A stretch of 64,000 nucleotides of DNA, taken from positions 11,087-75,086 of the forward strand of contig JAHFGL010000005.1 in NCBI GenBank assembly GCA_023247445.1, written 5' to 3'. The notes under the pieces were generated by a model. That model was not told the origin of the DNA. It made no database searches and saw only the letters and a program-made list of their open reading frames with translations. The translations under genes were made by a program, and so were the position numbers. Source of the stretch: Candidatus Omnitrophota bacterium (GTDB taxonomy: Bacteria > Omnitrophota > Gorgyraeia > Zapsychrales > Zapsychraceae). Shown in pieces: positions 39,526 to 50,391 of this stretch; position 1 is the first letter of the stretch, and the number at the start of each line of letters is the position of its first letter.

Positions 39526-41127
39526 TCATTTTGTGTACTTCCCGCCGTTTTGGATAAAATGAGCAATTTTTTGTGCTTGCTCGACTTTCAAAGAAAGACA
39601 GACAAATTCATAAAAAACAAATCCCAAAGTTCCAATGATACATAATCTCAGAATTTGTCCATCAAACTGAATATAATGCCAGGCTAAATATTCCATAATG
39701 CCCGTGACAAAAGCAGCAAAAGTTACTTTAACAAAATAACCAAACAAATCTGATTTTAAGCCCCCCAATCGTTTATCAAGAATAAAAAACAAGATTAAGA
39801 AATCAATTGTTCCAGCAATCGAGCTCGCTAGCGCAATCCCTCCAACCTTAAGCGGCCACATCAAAATAAAATTAAGAACAGTGTTAATAACCAAACACAC
39901 CGCCGCAACGATAACCGGAGTTTTGGTGTCTTGCAGCGCATGAAAAACCGTAACCAAGATTTTAATCCCACCAAAACTAAACAGCCCCAACGAAGAAAAT
40001 AAAAGCGCTGAAGATGTAATTTGCGTTGAGTAAGCATCAAACTCTCCTCGCTCAAAAAGCGTCTGAATAATCGGTGTGGACAAAAGAACTAAAATAACCG
40101 TCGTTGGGCACATAACAAAGAAAATATTTTCCAAAGAAAAAATAACGGTTTTTCGCATCGATTCATAATCTTTTTTGTTAGCCAGCCCAGAAAATGTCGG
40201 CAGAACAGCTGAGGCAAGCGCCACACCAAAAATCCCCATAGGAAACTGAATAATACGATTGGCATAATAAATGGCCGAGATCCCACCGCTGCCCACAATT
40301 GATGACAACGATGCACAAAAAGTATCAATGAACACCGATATCTGATAAACGCCACCGCCGAACATTCTTGGAATAAGAAGTTTTCCAATTCTAATAGCCC
40401 CGGGATGATTTAATTTTTTTGGCCGCTCATAACGCATGCCAAAACTCATCATCGGCTTAAGCTGAAATAACAATTGAAGTAGTCCACCGACCAAAACACC
40501 AATAGCCAAGCCAAAGACAGGTTCTTTCATTGTTTTAAATGAAATAAGCGCGCTAATGATAACGGAGATATTAAGCAGGCAAGGGCTAAAAGCGGGATAA
40601 GCAAAAGAACGAAACGTATACAAAATGCCCATACTGTAGGCGGTTAATCCGATAAAAATTAAATAGGGAAAAATTAGCTTCGTTAAAGTAATCGTTAACG
40701 ATAATTTTTCTGGATCGGCAATAAATCCTGGGGCCATTAAACGAACAACCCAGGGGGCAAGAATAATTCCTAAGATTGTAATAACGCTCAAAAGAATCAA
40801 TCCCAGTGTAAAAACGATGCTGACAAAACGCCAAAACTCTTGGGGATCTTTTTTATCTCGATATTCAGCTAAAACAGGAACAACTGCGGCATTAGTGGCC
40901 CCTTCCCCCACAAGATCACGGAAAAGATTAGGAATTTTTTGAGCGACAAAAAAAGCATCCGCCCTAAACCCAGTCCCTAACAATTTGGCTAAAATAATAT
41001 CACGTATAAAACCTAGAATCCGCGAAGATAAGGTTCCCAGCGAAATAATCGAGGTTGATTTAATAATAGACCGATGAGAATCCTGGCTAAGAACAGCGTC
41101 TGGGTGGGGAGATTTATCAGTTGACAT
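39526..41127 (-). CDS. murJ: Lipid II flippase MurJ
   Basis: 533 aa, 14 TM, MurJ/MviN family pattern. Confidence 0.85.
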   Translation of the reverse strand: MSTDKSPHPDAVLSQDSHRSIIKSTSIISLGTLSSRILGFIRDIILAKLLGTGFRADAFFVAQKIPNLFRDLVGEGATNAAVVPVLAEYRDKKDPQEFWRFVSIVFTLGLILLSVITILGIILAPWVVRLMAPGFIADPEKLSLTITLTKLIFPYLIFIGLTAYSMGILYTFRSFAYPAFSPCLLNISVIISALISFKTMKEPVFGLAIGVLVGGLLQLLFQLKPMMSFGMRYERPKKLNHPGAIRIGKLLIPRMFGGGVYQISVFIDTFCASLSSIVGSGGISAIYYANRIIQFPMGIFGVALASAVLPTFSGLANKKDYESMRKTVIFSLENIFFVMCPTTVILVLLSTPIIQTLFERGEFDAYSTQITSSALLFSSLGLFSFGGIKILVTVFHALQDTKTPVIVAAVCLVINTVLNFILMWPLKVGGIALASSIAGTIDFLILFFILDKRLGGLKSDLFGYFVKVTFAAFVTGIMEYLAWHYIQFDGQILRLCIIGTLGFVFYEFVCLSLKVEQAQKIAHFIQNGGKYTK

Positions 41128-41164
41128 ATATAAGCCTATTTGCTATATTCTCCTACTTCGTAAA

Positions 41165-41215
41165 ACGTACCACGTGAAGCGTGAAACGTTTACGCTTCAC
41201 GTTTCACGAATAACG
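41165..41215. promoter_or_regulatory. Cluster of five CGTGAA(A/G)CG / CG(C/T)TTCACG half-sites in the murJ-rpsT divergent intergenic region
   Basis: cacgtgaagcgtgaaacgtttacgcttcacgtttcacgaataacgtttcacg. Confidence 0.5.
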
Positions 41216-41244
41216 TTTCACGTAACAAAAAAAGGAGATCAAAA

Positions 41245-41508
41245 GTGCCACAACGAAGAACAGCGATTAAAGATTTACGTACAAACCGTACGAAACACAT
41301 GCAAAATCTGAATATTAAGACTGAGCTTAGAAAAACTATTAAGAAATTTCTGACATCTGTCGAAAGCAAGAATAAAACCGAAGCTCAATCTCTTCTTCCT
41401 GTACTCTACAAAAAATTAGATAAAGCTTCTAAACGTAAAGTTCTGCATGACAACACCGCTTCCCGACGAAAAGCACGTTTCAGCAAATTGGTACAAAATT
41501 TATCTTAA
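41245..41508 (+). CDS. rpsT: 30S ribosomal protein S20
   Basis: 87 aa, a basic helical protein with bS20-like sequence. Confidence 0.85.
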   Translation: MPQRRTAIKDLRTNRTKHMQNLNIKTELRKTIKKFLTSVESKNKTEAQSLLPVLYKKLDKASKRKVLHDNTASRRKARFSKLVQNLS

Positions 41509-41524
41509 CGTCAGCTCAACATAC

Positions 41525-41587
41525 TGTCACCCCCCGAATGTTTTTATCGGGGGTCTAGATCCCCGCTTTAAACATGCGGGGATGACA
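41525..41587. repeat. Tandem REP-like hairpins (gtcaccccccgaatgtttttatcgggggtc + gatccccgctttaaacatgcggggatgac)
   Basis: Read directly from the sequence. Confidence 0.7.
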
Positions 41588-41598
41588 ATTCTTAGCTG

Positions 41599-42243
41599 TT
41601 ATAACGCGCATAGCTTCACAACCGCTACTTCTACCGCCTGTTGAGCAACTAAGCGACTACGTTTAATATTTAAATCGGCCTCTTGAAGAATCAAGAGGCC
41701 GATTTTGAATTGATCAGCAGACAATCGCCCACGATTCTTCCCCCAAAACCAAACAATCCCTCCCATAATTTGTAACGGATGACTCCCCTGATTTATCAGC
41801 TCTTCCAATATTCTTAACGCCTCCGTTGGATTGCGTAGACCAATGGCCTTGGTTATATCAAATACATTCTGCACCGAACCTTTAGAAAAATTAAAGACTT
41901 GCGCCTTAGGAGAAATCTTTGCAATAAAACTCTCAATGGCTTCGGGTTGATCAGCATCTAAAATAAGATCCAAATAATCTTGCTTTTCTTGGATAAAATC
42001 TAAAATGAGCTCTTTATTTTTGGCATCAAGTTTCTGAAGTATACGAATAAGAACTAATCTTTTTTTACTCAGGGCTGGTAAAGCAATCAGGGATTTCTTT
42101 AGGATGGCTGGATCTAATTTGAGGGCATGCAAAACTTCATAGTCAAAATCATAAGATTCTTTGGAGGTTAAAATCTTTTTTTTAAGCTCAGTGATCTTTT
42201 GATCTTTGGCCTGAGCATCCTCCCCGAGTAACAGATAAATCAT
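41599..42243 (-). CDS. holA: DNA polymerase III delta subunit-like (short)
   Basis: Weak HolA-like N-domain. It follows an LptE-like gene, as in the leuS-lptE-holA arrangement of E. coli. Start set to MIYLLLGEDAQ. Confidence 0.45.
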   Translation of the reverse strand: MIYLLLGEDAQAKDQKITELKKKILTSKESYDFDYEVLHALKLDPAILKKSLIALPALSKKRLVLIRILQKLDAKNKELILDFIQEKQDYLDLILDADQPEAIESFIAKISPKAQVFNFSKGSVQNVFDITKAIGLRNPTEALRILEELINQGSHPLQIMGGIVWFWGKNRGRLSADQFKIGLLILQEADLNIKRSRLVAQQAVEVAVVKLCAL

Positions 42244-42283
42244 GTTGATTCCTAATAAAGATAAACTGGTGGGCGTCGAACGA

Positions 42284-42811
42284 CTACCAATCCTCAACCG
42301 TTCTCTCAACAATACGGCGACCTAAGTCAACCATGGCATCTTGGACAGCCGCATCTTCTGATTTAGCTTGAGCCCCTACGACAAAAAAAGTGGCTTCGCC
42401 GGAAAAACTTGATTCCGACCACACAAGCTCTTGTTTCTTTCGATCCCATAATTCTAAAGAAACAGTAATCGTCACTCGATACTCTTCAACATCATCATTA
42501 TCGGTATATCGCAAAGCCACGCGTTCGTAATTCTTTAATTCTCCTTTTAAAATAAGATCAGCCTTATCGATATTGGCAATTTTTAAAGCGCCATCAAATA
42601 AAAATCGATTGATAACTTCATTTCTAACCTTTTGCTCCAAAAGTGGCAGATAAACATTACGACCACCCTCTTGATCATAGAGAACATTATTTTTAAATGG
42701 TTCCACATGAATTGTTCGTAGACTACTCGGCAAGGTTGACCGCGAGGTATACCCGCAGCTAATTGCGATAAAAGACAAAACTAATAAAATTAGACAAGAA
42801 TATCGTTTCAT
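42284..42811 (-). CDS. lptE: LptE-like lipoprotein
   Basis: Lipobox ISCG; size and context. Confidence 0.55.
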   Translation of the reverse strand: MKRYSCLILLVLSFIAISCGYTSRSTLPSSLRTIHVEPFKNNVLYDQEGGRNVYLPLLEQKVRNEVINRFLFDGALKIANIDKADLILKGELKNYERVALRYTDNDDVEEYRVTITVSLELWDRKKQELVWSESSFSGEATFFVVGAQAKSEDAAVQDAMVDLGRRIVERTVEDW

Positions 42812-43758
42812 TGAATTTTGGGACTAATTTCACGTAAACGCTCTAAGGCTTTACCAGCCCACTTGGAATCTTGATATTCATCAACGAGAGTTTGATAATA
42901 AATTTGCGCAGACTTATAATTCTTTTGCTTCTCGTAGAACTGTCCAACGATGAAATTATTTTCAGCTTCTTTATCTCTTAAATTTTGAACATGTTCCTTG
43001 GCTTTATCAGATAACTCGGCTTCTGGGTATTGTTTAACGAATTCATTAAACTCGGCCACCGCGGCCTTGGTAACCTTTTGATCATACTGAGAATCTGTTG
43101 AACGCTTAGAATCAGCAATCGCAATTTGATATTTGGCTGCCTTTGCCCATTCATTATCTGGATAATCATTAATAACCTTATCAAACTCGTCACGAGCTTC
43201 TTGATAAAGATGCTGTTCTAATAAATACAACCCAATTTTATATTGAGATGGAGCAGCTAACGGACCATATGGTGCATTTTTAATGACTGTTTTAAAAATA
43301 TCAATGATGTTGTAATTTGCTCCTGTTAAAGTCGACATAAACTCACTTTTATTCTCTCCATCTAAAAGTCTTTCACCAATAGCATACTCTTTTTTGACAA
43401 CTTCTGCGGAACGCTCACTAAAAGGATATTTATCAATGACAACTTGATAGCTTTTAAAGGCTTCGTAAAGCCGACCTTGCTCTTCTATGGACAAACCGAT
43501 GTAATATTGGGCTTCGGGAGCTTCACGGGCTTTAGGATAGTGGGTGATGAGCTTATTAAACTCACGAATGGCTTCTTTGTATTGTTTAGATTTATAAAAC
43601 TCTAAGGCAAAGGCAAGCTGTTCACTTGGGGTTTCTTTAACAGAATACTTGGGATTTTCCCATTTATTCGTTTCAGGCGTCCAAACCCAGAAGGCGAAAC
43701 TAGAAGCTGGAAAGGCAATGGATATTAAGAGAAATAATAGGAAGAATTGCTTTTTCAT
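42808..43758 (-). CDS. bamD: TPR lipoprotein, BamD-like outer-membrane assembly factor
   Basis: Signal peptide plus TPR repeats typical of BamD/YfiO. Confidence 0.65.
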   Translation of the reverse strand: MKKQFFLLFLLISIAFPASSFAFWVWTPETNKWENPKYSVKETPSEQLAFALEFYKSKQYKEAIREFNKLITHYPKAREAPEAQYYIGLSIEEQGRLYEAFKSYQVVIDKYPFSERSAEVVKKEYAIGERLLDGENKSEFMSTLTGANYNIIDIFKTVIKNAPYGPLAAPSQYKIGLYLLEQHLYQEARDEFDKVINDYPDNEWAKAAKYQIAIADSKRSTDSQYDQKVTKAAVAEFNEFVKQYPEAELSDKAKEHVQNLRDKEAENNFIVGQFYEKQKNYKSAQIYYQTLVDEYQDSKWAGKALERLREISPKIQ

Positions 43759-43790
43759 CTCGCAAACTTTATCATACTCTCTGTTTCTTG

Positions 43791-45362
43791 TCAATTAATC
43801 TGACCTAAATAGAGCTTAGAATCCCCCTCGTAAAAGATGCTTCTTTTATGATATAAAAAATATAAAACACTTATAAGAATTATATAGTAACCAGCCAATA
43901 ACCAGAGGTTTACATTTTTGATATAAAAGTAAGCCATTGGTATTTTTGCAAACAAATAGATACTTCCAACCAGTATATTCAACGTTAATTTGATACAAGC
44001 TGAAATTGGAAGAATCCACATAGGGAAAATGGCCCCTACCAACATTAAACTTAGGCCTAAGATAATTAAAAGTGAACTTAAAGGAACGACAATAAGGTTT
44101 GCCAAGATGGTAACCGGTGTCACGATATTAAAATAGAAGGCAATAAGACCCACAACCCCCAACCAAACCGCCATTGACAAACATATAGATTCAATACAAG
44201 GTCTCAGCAAGCTCTTGTGCTCGGTCTTGGGTGGCTTATCAAATAAACTTTTAAAAATTGGGTAAAACAAAATAATCGAAAGGACACAAACAAAAGATAG
44301 TTGAAAGCCCACATCAAACAAATTTAACGGATTAATCAATAGAATGATTAGAGCCGCTAAAGAAAGCGTATTAAGGGAATCGCCCTCACGCTCCAACATA
44401 AAACTTATCAAAAAAACGATCGCCATGATCGTTGCCCGCACAACCGATGGGCTTGCCCCGGTTAAAAGGCAAAATCCAACTAAAAGAAATATCGTTATTA
44501 AGAACTGAACTAACCGCGGTAAGGGAATAATTTTCAAAAATATAAGAAAAACAGCAGCAACAACACCAACATTCATCCCGCTAATCGCCAAAATATGCGC
44601 TGTTCCTGTTTGAACAAATAAGTCCCGAAGACGAGGCGAAATGTTGACTCTGTCTCCCAATAAAAAGGCCTGCATAAGACCAGCTTCATTAGGCGAAAGG
44701 CCTTGCGCCAACAGAAACTCCAACTTATTCTTAAATCTAATTGCACCTTCTAATAAAAAATTGGCCCGATGTGAATCCAAGATCTCAATAGGCGCATCTT
44801 TCTTTACACTTAAGATGGAATAAATACCTTTATTGCGCAAATAATCTCCATAAGAAAAATGTTCGTTGGTGGAAAAATTGTAGGGCTGATGGAGTTTTCC
44901 CTCGATCAGAATATAATCTCCATAAACACAATCGATATCGCGAAAGGCATTAACCAAGATTTCTCCCGACTTCTCCTGCCAGCCATAGGGCGTTTTTAAC
45001 ATTTTAATTCTTAACGTAAATGTTGAGTTTCGCCCCCTTCCAAAATTGCGCTTTTGCACATCGGAAACAATCACCCCCTTAACAATAAATGGTTGATGAC
45101 GATAAAACTTAACGACGCCCGCGATATGGTTTTTAGCCGGCATCATTCGACTTTGTGTATACGTGGCTCCTAAAAGAATAAATGTCACAAGCAGTGCTGC
45201 CACCGAAAGGGTTGATTTCTTTAAAACAACGATACTCATAATAAAAGAAAGCATTGATAAAAAACATAACCAAGCAAATGACATCGGAATAATCTGACTC
45301 ATGGCAATCCCAAGTCCGTAGAAAATGGTGATCCAAACGAGTGGACGATGAGTATAAATCAT
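43791..45362 (-). CDS. comEC: ComEC/Rec2 DNA internalisation channel (no C-terminal MBL domain)
   Basis: Competence-domain motif GTAHILAISGMNVG. Confidence 0.85.
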   Translation of the reverse strand: MIYTHRPLVWITIFYGLGIAMSQIIPMSFAWLCFLSMLSFIMSIVVLKKSTLSVAALLVTFILLGATYTQSRMMPAKNHIAGVVKFYRHQPFIVKGVIVSDVQKRNFGRGRNSTFTLRIKMLKTPYGWQEKSGEILVNAFRDIDCVYGDYILIEGKLHQPYNFSTNEHFSYGDYLRNKGIYSILSVKKDAPIEILDSHRANFLLEGAIRFKNKLEFLLAQGLSPNEAGLMQAFLLGDRVNISPRLRDLFVQTGTAHILAISGMNVGVVAAVFLIFLKIIPLPRLVQFLITIFLLVGFCLLTGASPSVVRATIMAIVFLISFMLEREGDSLNTLSLAALIILLINPLNLFDVGFQLSFVCVLSIILFYPIFKSLFDKPPKTEHKSLLRPCIESICLSMAVWLGVVGLIAFYFNIVTPVTILANLIVVPLSSLLIILGLSLMLVGAIFPMWILPISACIKLTLNILVGSIYLFAKIPMAYFYIKNVNLWLLAGYYIILISVLYFLYHKRSIFYEGDSKLYLGQIN

Positions 45363-45387
45363 AAAATATCATTCCTGTTCTACGTTA

Positions 45388-45454
45388 TGTCATGCCCGCC
45401 CCCGTGTTAGTCATCCCCACGAAAGCGGATATGACACGCAGGGCGGGGATGACA
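45388..45454. repeat. Nested REP-like palindrome (gtcatgcccgccc...gtcatccccacgaaagcggatatgac...gggcggggatgac)
   Basis: Read directly from the sequence. Confidence 0.7.
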
Positions 45455-45459
45455 GACAA

Positions 45460-45804
45460 TCAATTCACCCTAATCGTAATAAATCGTACAAATTTTTCAT
45501 AATTCTTTTCCTTCACTCCCCTGACCTGCTTGAGCTGATCTACCGATGTAAACGATCCCTTCGCTTTACGGTAATCGATAATTTGCTGGGCTGTGTAAGG
45601 ACCAATAAAAGGAAGCGCCAAGAGCTCATCATAAGAGGCTGTATTCAAATCAACTTTGGAATAGAGTTCATCCCCATCAATTAAATTAACAATATCATTT
45701 AACTGTGGATATTCTTTAAGGACATAGTGAATCATCGACCCAATAAAAATAATAAGGGCCAAGACCGACACAACAAGCCGTTCTTGTCGAGTAAAACCAA
45801 TCAT
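45460..45804 (-). CDS. comEA: ComEA, helix-hairpin-helix DNA receptor
   Basis: VDLNTASYDELLALPFIGPYTAQQIIDYR. Confidence 0.85.
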   Translation of the reverse strand: MIGFTRQERLVVSVLALIIFIGSMIHYVLKEYPQLNDIVNLIDGDELYSKVDLNTASYDELLALPFIGPYTAQQIIDYRKAKGSFTSVDQLKQVRGVKEKNYEKFVRFITIRVN

Positions 45805-45909
45805 AGTGGATAAATATTGGGGGGATCGAGAGAGACAACTACGTGGGTGAATTTATTTCTAACGCTAGTGTAGCTTTATAGTTCTAAACTGTAAATAAAA
45901 ATTTAGGCG

Positions 45910-47625
45910 CTACTTCAAAAGTTTTTGGACAATTGTTTCGGCTAAATTTTCTGCGATCAACAAATTTCCTTTACGCGTACAATGACCGAAATCGCCGGCA
46001 AAATTATCTTGAAAATAGTCGGCATAGCTTGATGAATGCAAGGCCTCTTCAAAATTTTTCTTATTTTCCAAAAATATAATTTTGTTTTTGTTAACAAAAG
46101 TTTCTTTCAAAGGATCCAACGCGCGCATAGGATATTGCATCACAATAACAGGAATATTTCTTTTTAAGATCTGATTAACCGTGTCATTATAATTTTGCAC
46201 TGTTTGCGGAAGATATCGTGAAGCAACAAATTCTTGCGACTTTTTCACATATTCCCCAGCGGCTTGAGTCTTCCCCTCTTTTTCTAAAACTTCGGCTAAC
46301 TTTTTGTACAATATCGGTCGTTGATAAGAAATTTCTTCCTTCTCATTTTTCTTAATAGCATCCTCCAACAGAGCCTGCGCTTCACTAAGTCGATTCTGCT
46401 GAATATAAATATCTCCCAGCCTATCATACGTAAGCAAATTGCCAGGACTGTTGGCCAAAACTTTTTTATAAGCCTGCTCGGCAAAGCTCCATAATTTCTT
46501 TTTGTCATACCACTGGGCAACTTCTAAATAAATCCAATCTTGCAGTCCTTCGGTATCTAATAATATTTTATAAGCCTTGGCCGTTTTTTCATAATCGCCA
46601 ATAGCCTCACAACTTCGACCCAACTCTAAAAAGGCATTTGGTTCTTGAGAAGTCATTTCAATAATTTTTAAAAATATAGCAATGGCTTTTTCGTAATGTT
46701 GCTGATCCTTATAAATTCTTCCTAACTCCAAATAGGCGGGAACCTTGTTCGGCAACAAGACAATGGCTCGCTCACAAAATTCTTGGGCTAACTGAAAATT
46801 TCCACGTTCTCGATTCCAAAATCCTGCCCCAACTAAATAAACATACAATCGCAAGCTAACAAAATATTGCTTCTTAGAAATATCTTGCGCTTCTTCGACT
46901 TTGCCAAGTTGATCAAGCTTCGCTTTTTCTAAAATCAAAACATTTCTTAATTGTTCAAAATCATGAATCTTTGAAATAGTTTTCTCATAAGGTTCTGAAT
47001 GTTTCTGCGTGAGATCTGCCCCACCCAACCCATGATTGGACATCTGCTGTTTAAAATCCTTCTCGGCCAAGGCATCATACTGAGCTTCATACGGAGTTTC
47101 GTAGTATTTTACGATCTTCATCTCATCAAGCTTATGGCGAAGGTGTGAAATCGACAGATTAAATAATTTATAAACTCTAAAATTCTCTAGAAAAATAGCA
47201 ACTCTCTGCCAGAGGGTAACTTTCAATTTCTTTGTGTGCCAATGATCATTAATCCCGATCATTGAAACCACTAAATCAGGTTTATAACGATCAAGATTGT
47301 CATTAATCTTATTTAATATCGTTTTGGAATTGATGGCCGGAATACCACGGTTGATGACCTTAAATTTCCGTGATAAGTTTTTTTGATTTAAAATTTGTTC
47401 AAGCTGGTAAGGATACGCATTCTCTCCACCAAGGGCTGTCGTCGATTCCCCCAAACACAAAATAATATAAGTATTATTGCGCGAGAACCCTTTTTGGTTA
47501 CGTTGTTCTTGAATAAACAAGAATAGGCCGGCGCCTAAACGAAGAAATATTTCTAAAACAATGAGGGTGAAAAGAATCCCCAGGCCAATCAATGCTAATT
47601 TCTGCTTTAACGTCGTTTTGGCCAT
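45910..47625 (-). CDS. Membrane-anchored SGNH/GDSL-like hydrolase with a large TPR insertion
   Basis: N-terminal block (ILCLGESTT...DLVVSMIGINDHW) and C-terminal block (DFGHCTRKGN) of the SGNH fold, separated by ~250 aa of TPR repeats. Confidence 0.55.
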   Translation of the reverse strand: MAKTTLKQKLALIGLGILFTLIVLEIFLRLGAGLFLFIQEQRNQKGFSRNNTYIILCLGESTTALGGENAYPYQLEQILNQKNLSRKFKVINRGIPAINSKTILNKINDNLDRYKPDLVVSMIGINDHWHTKKLKVTLWQRVAIFLENFRVYKLFNLSISHLRHKLDEMKIVKYYETPYEAQYDALAEKDFKQQMSNHGLGGADLTQKHSEPYEKTISKIHDFEQLRNVLILEKAKLDQLGKVEEAQDISKKQYFVSLRLYVYLVGAGFWNRERGNFQLAQEFCERAIVLLPNKVPAYLELGRIYKDQQHYEKAIAIFLKIIEMTSQEPNAFLELGRSCEAIGDYEKTAKAYKILLDTEGLQDWIYLEVAQWYDKKKLWSFAEQAYKKVLANSPGNLLTYDRLGDIYIQQNRLSEAQALLEDAIKKNEKEEISYQRPILYKKLAEVLEKEGKTQAAGEYVKKSQEFVASRYLPQTVQNYNDTVNQILKRNIPVIVMQYPMRALDPLKETFVNKNKIIFLENKKNFEEALHSSSYADYFQDNFAGDFGHCTRKGNLLIAENLAETIVQKLLK

Positions 47626-47665
47626 AAGGATTTAACAAAATCGTTTCTAGTACACTGTATTTTTA

Positions 47666-47740
47666 TGTCATACCCGCGAAAGCGGGTATCTAAAATCAGC
47701 GCCTCCCCAAGATCCCCGATTAAAGCATTCGGGGATGACA
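47666..47740. repeat. REP-like element pair (gtcatacccgcgaaagcgggtatc ... gatccccgattaaagcattcggggatgac)
   Basis: Second hairpin is the exact reverse complement of the 39307-39335 hairpin. Confidence 0.75.
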
Positions 47741-47760
47741 GACACAACAGTCCACCAGTT

Positions 47761-50301
47761 TTACACAACCAAATTCGCAATTTTCCCGGGGATATAAATA
47801 AATTTCTTTATCGGCTGGCCGGCAAGAAACTTTTGGATGGTTACATCAGCCAGAATCATTTCTTTTAACTGGGCTTCACTAATATCGACAGCAACATCAA
47901 ACTTGCCGCGCAGTTTGCCGTTGACCTGCACGACAACTTGAATCAAATCTTGTTTAATCGCGGTCGCATCAAAGCTCGGCCAAGAAACGTTGGCCACACT
48001 TTTTTCTTTACTACCAATCTTCTGCCATAACTCTTCACAAATATGCGGCGTAAAAGGCGCCAGAAGTAAAACAATTGATTTAATCGTGCGGTTAAGAATC
48101 GCTTGTTTGGTGGAATTGCTTTCTTCACCTTTATATTTATCAAGTCGGTTCATCAAAATCATCAAACTACTAATCGCCGTGTTAAACTTAAAACCGTCAG
48201 CGATATCTTCCGTTACCTTTTTGATCGTTAAATTACGTTCGCGTTCTAAATCCTTATCCTCTTGATCCATTTGATCCGCCAAAATTTTATCTTCTACGAA
48301 ACGATATCGTTTTTGTGTCAGATTCCAAACTCGATTTAAAAATCGCCACGAACCGTCGATGGCATTATCGTTCCATTCCAATTGATCTTCAGGTGGGGCA
48401 GCAAACAAAATAAAAAGTCGAAGCGAATCCGTGCCATATTTTTTTATAATCTCATCGGGATCAACAGTATTGCCTCGAGATTTTGACATAACTTCACCAT
48501 CTTTTAGAACCATCCCTTGCGTTAAAAGTCGCGTGAAGGGCTCATCAAAATCAATCATGCCCAAATCTTTAAAAAACTTTGTAAAAAATCGCGAATACAA
48601 AAGATGCAAGATCGCGTGCTCAATCCCGCCGATGTATTGATCCACCGGCATCCAATATTTAGCGTCCGCTTGATCAAATATTTTTTTATCGTTAGTTGGT
48701 GAACAAAAACGTAAGAAATACCACGATGAATCAAAAAATGTTGCCATTGTGTCCGTCTCGCGTTTAGCTGCGGCGTTACACTTCGGACATTTCACATTCA
48801 CAAATTCTGAAACATAATTTAACGGACTTCCCCCCTGGCCTGTGATCTGAATATTTTTCGGCAAGGCCACCGGCAGCTGATCTTCGGGAACAGGAACCGT
48901 TCCGCATTTTGGGCAATAAATAAATGGAATAGGCGTTCCCCAATATCGTTGACGAGAAATGAGCCAATCACGCAAACGCCAATGGATCGTTACTTTGCCA
49001 ATGGCCGTTTCTCCCCGCCAAAAATCTTTCATTTTTGGCGAGGTCTCGCCACTCCACGGAGCTGGAGTGGCGGACATCCATTTTCCAATTTCCTCAATCG
49101 CTTTTTTATTATTCAATCCATTAAATTGCGCTGAATTAATTAAAACGCCTTCGTCTTCATAAGCAGCTTTCATGTCTTCGGCTCTTTGCGCTGGATTTTT
49201 TGGATCGGAAATAACAATACGTAGCGGCAACTGATGATCTTTGGCAAAAGAAAAATCACGCTGATCATGCGTCGGTACCGCCATGATCGCACCAGTTCCA
49301 TATTCCATCAAAACATAATCGGCAATATAAATGGGAATCTCTTCATTATTAACGGGATTAATGGCAGTGCGGCCAATCGACATCCCTTCTTTACGTTTAT
49401 CCCCGGACATGCGCAAACTCTTACTTTCATTAGCGACCTTCTCAATGAAAGTTTTGATCTTTGATTCTTCTTTTGAACCGGCGATTAATTTCTTAACCAA
49501 AGGATGTTCGGGGGCTAAGACAACGTAGGTTGCGCCAAAGATTGTGTCCGCGCGCGTGGTAAAAACCTTAATAATATCGTCACTGCCTTTAACCTTAAAA
49601 TTAATTTCAACGCCAAAGCTTTTTCCAATCCAATTTTCTTGCATCGCTACAACACGACTCGGCCAATTCGTTAACTGCTTTAAATCTTCCAAAAGTTTTT
49701 CACTGTAAGCTGTAATTTTTAAATACCATTGATCCAATTCCTTTTGCTTCACTTCCGACTTACACCGCCAACATTCGCCATTAATTACCTCTTCATTAGC
49801 CAAGGTTGTGTCGCAACTTGGACACCAGTTGACTGATGACGCTTTCTTATAAGCCAAACCCTTTTCGTACATCTTTAAAAATATCCACTGATTCCAGCGA
49901 TAATATTCTGGATCGCACGTGGCCAGCTCGCGATCCCAATCATAAGAAAATCCCATGTGTTTTAATTCTGTGCGCATTTGATCAATACAAGAATAGGTCC
50001 ACTCGGCAGGATCAACTTTGCGTTTAATGGCGGCATTTTCCGCCGGCTGGCCAAAGGCATCATAACCCATCGGATGAAGAACATTAAAGCCCTGCATCAT
50101 CTTAACCCGCGCAATCACATCAGCGATTGTGTAGTTACGCACATGACCCATGTGAATCTTTCCAGACGGATAAGGAAACATCTCCAAGACGTAATACTTC
50201 TTTTTCTTGGCATCGATGGTGGCTTTAAAGACCTTCGCCTCTTCCCAAACCTTTTGCCACTTTGCTTCGATCGTGTGAATATTTTCTATTGAGTAATCCA
50301 T
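47761..50301 (-). CDS. leuS: Leucyl-tRNA synthetase
   Basis: HMGH, KMSKS (VMSKS); start set at MDYSIEN (the track ORF has a 24-codon upstream extension). Confidence 0.95.
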   Translation of the reverse strand: MDYSIENIHTIEAKWQKVWEEAKVFKATIDAKKKKYYVLEMFPYPSGKIHMGHVRNYTIADVIARVKMMQGFNVLHPMGYDAFGQPAENAAIKRKVDPAEWTYSCIDQMRTELKHMGFSYDWDRELATCDPEYYRWNQWIFLKMYEKGLAYKKASSVNWCPSCDTTLANEEVINGECWRCKSEVKQKELDQWYLKITAYSEKLLEDLKQLTNWPSRVVAMQENWIGKSFGVEINFKVKGSDDIIKVFTTRADTIFGATYVVLAPEHPLVKKLIAGSKEESKIKTFIEKVANESKSLRMSGDKRKEGMSIGRTAINPVNNEEIPIYIADYVLMEYGTGAIMAVPTHDQRDFSFAKDHQLPLRIVISDPKNPAQRAEDMKAAYEDEGVLINSAQFNGLNNKKAIEEIGKWMSATPAPWSGETSPKMKDFWRGETAIGKVTIHWRLRDWLISRQRYWGTPIPFIYCPKCGTVPVPEDQLPVALPKNIQITGQGGSPLNYVSEFVNVKCPKCNAAAKRETDTMATFFDSSWYFLRFCSPTNDKKIFDQADAKYWMPVDQYIGGIEHAILHLLYSRFFTKFFKDLGMIDFDEPFTRLLTQGMVLKDGEVMSKSRGNTVDPDEIIKKYGTDSLRLFILFAAPPEDQLEWNDNAIDGSWRFLNRVWNLTQKRYRFVEDKILADQMDQEDKDLERERNLTIKKVTEDIADGFKFNTAISSLMILMNRLDKYKGEESNSTKQAILNRTIKSIVLLLAPFTPHICEELWQKIGSKEKSVANVSWPSFDATAIKQDLIQVVVQVNGKLRGKFDVAVDISEAQLKEMILADVTIQKFLAGQPIKKFIYIPGKIANLVV

Positions 50302-50332
50302 ATTTTTAACCTTTGATCCTCGTCTTAATGCA

Positions 50333-50368
50333 AAGAGGGAATAACTTTTAGCAAACGTTATTCCCTCT
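50333..50368. other. Strong hairpin agagggaataac-N12-gttattccctct between speH stop and leuS start (terminator or leuS leader structure)
   Basis: 12-bp perfect stem with no clean U-tract. Confidence 0.4.
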
Positions 50369-50391
50369 TTCAACGGAAGCTTCCCTCTAAT

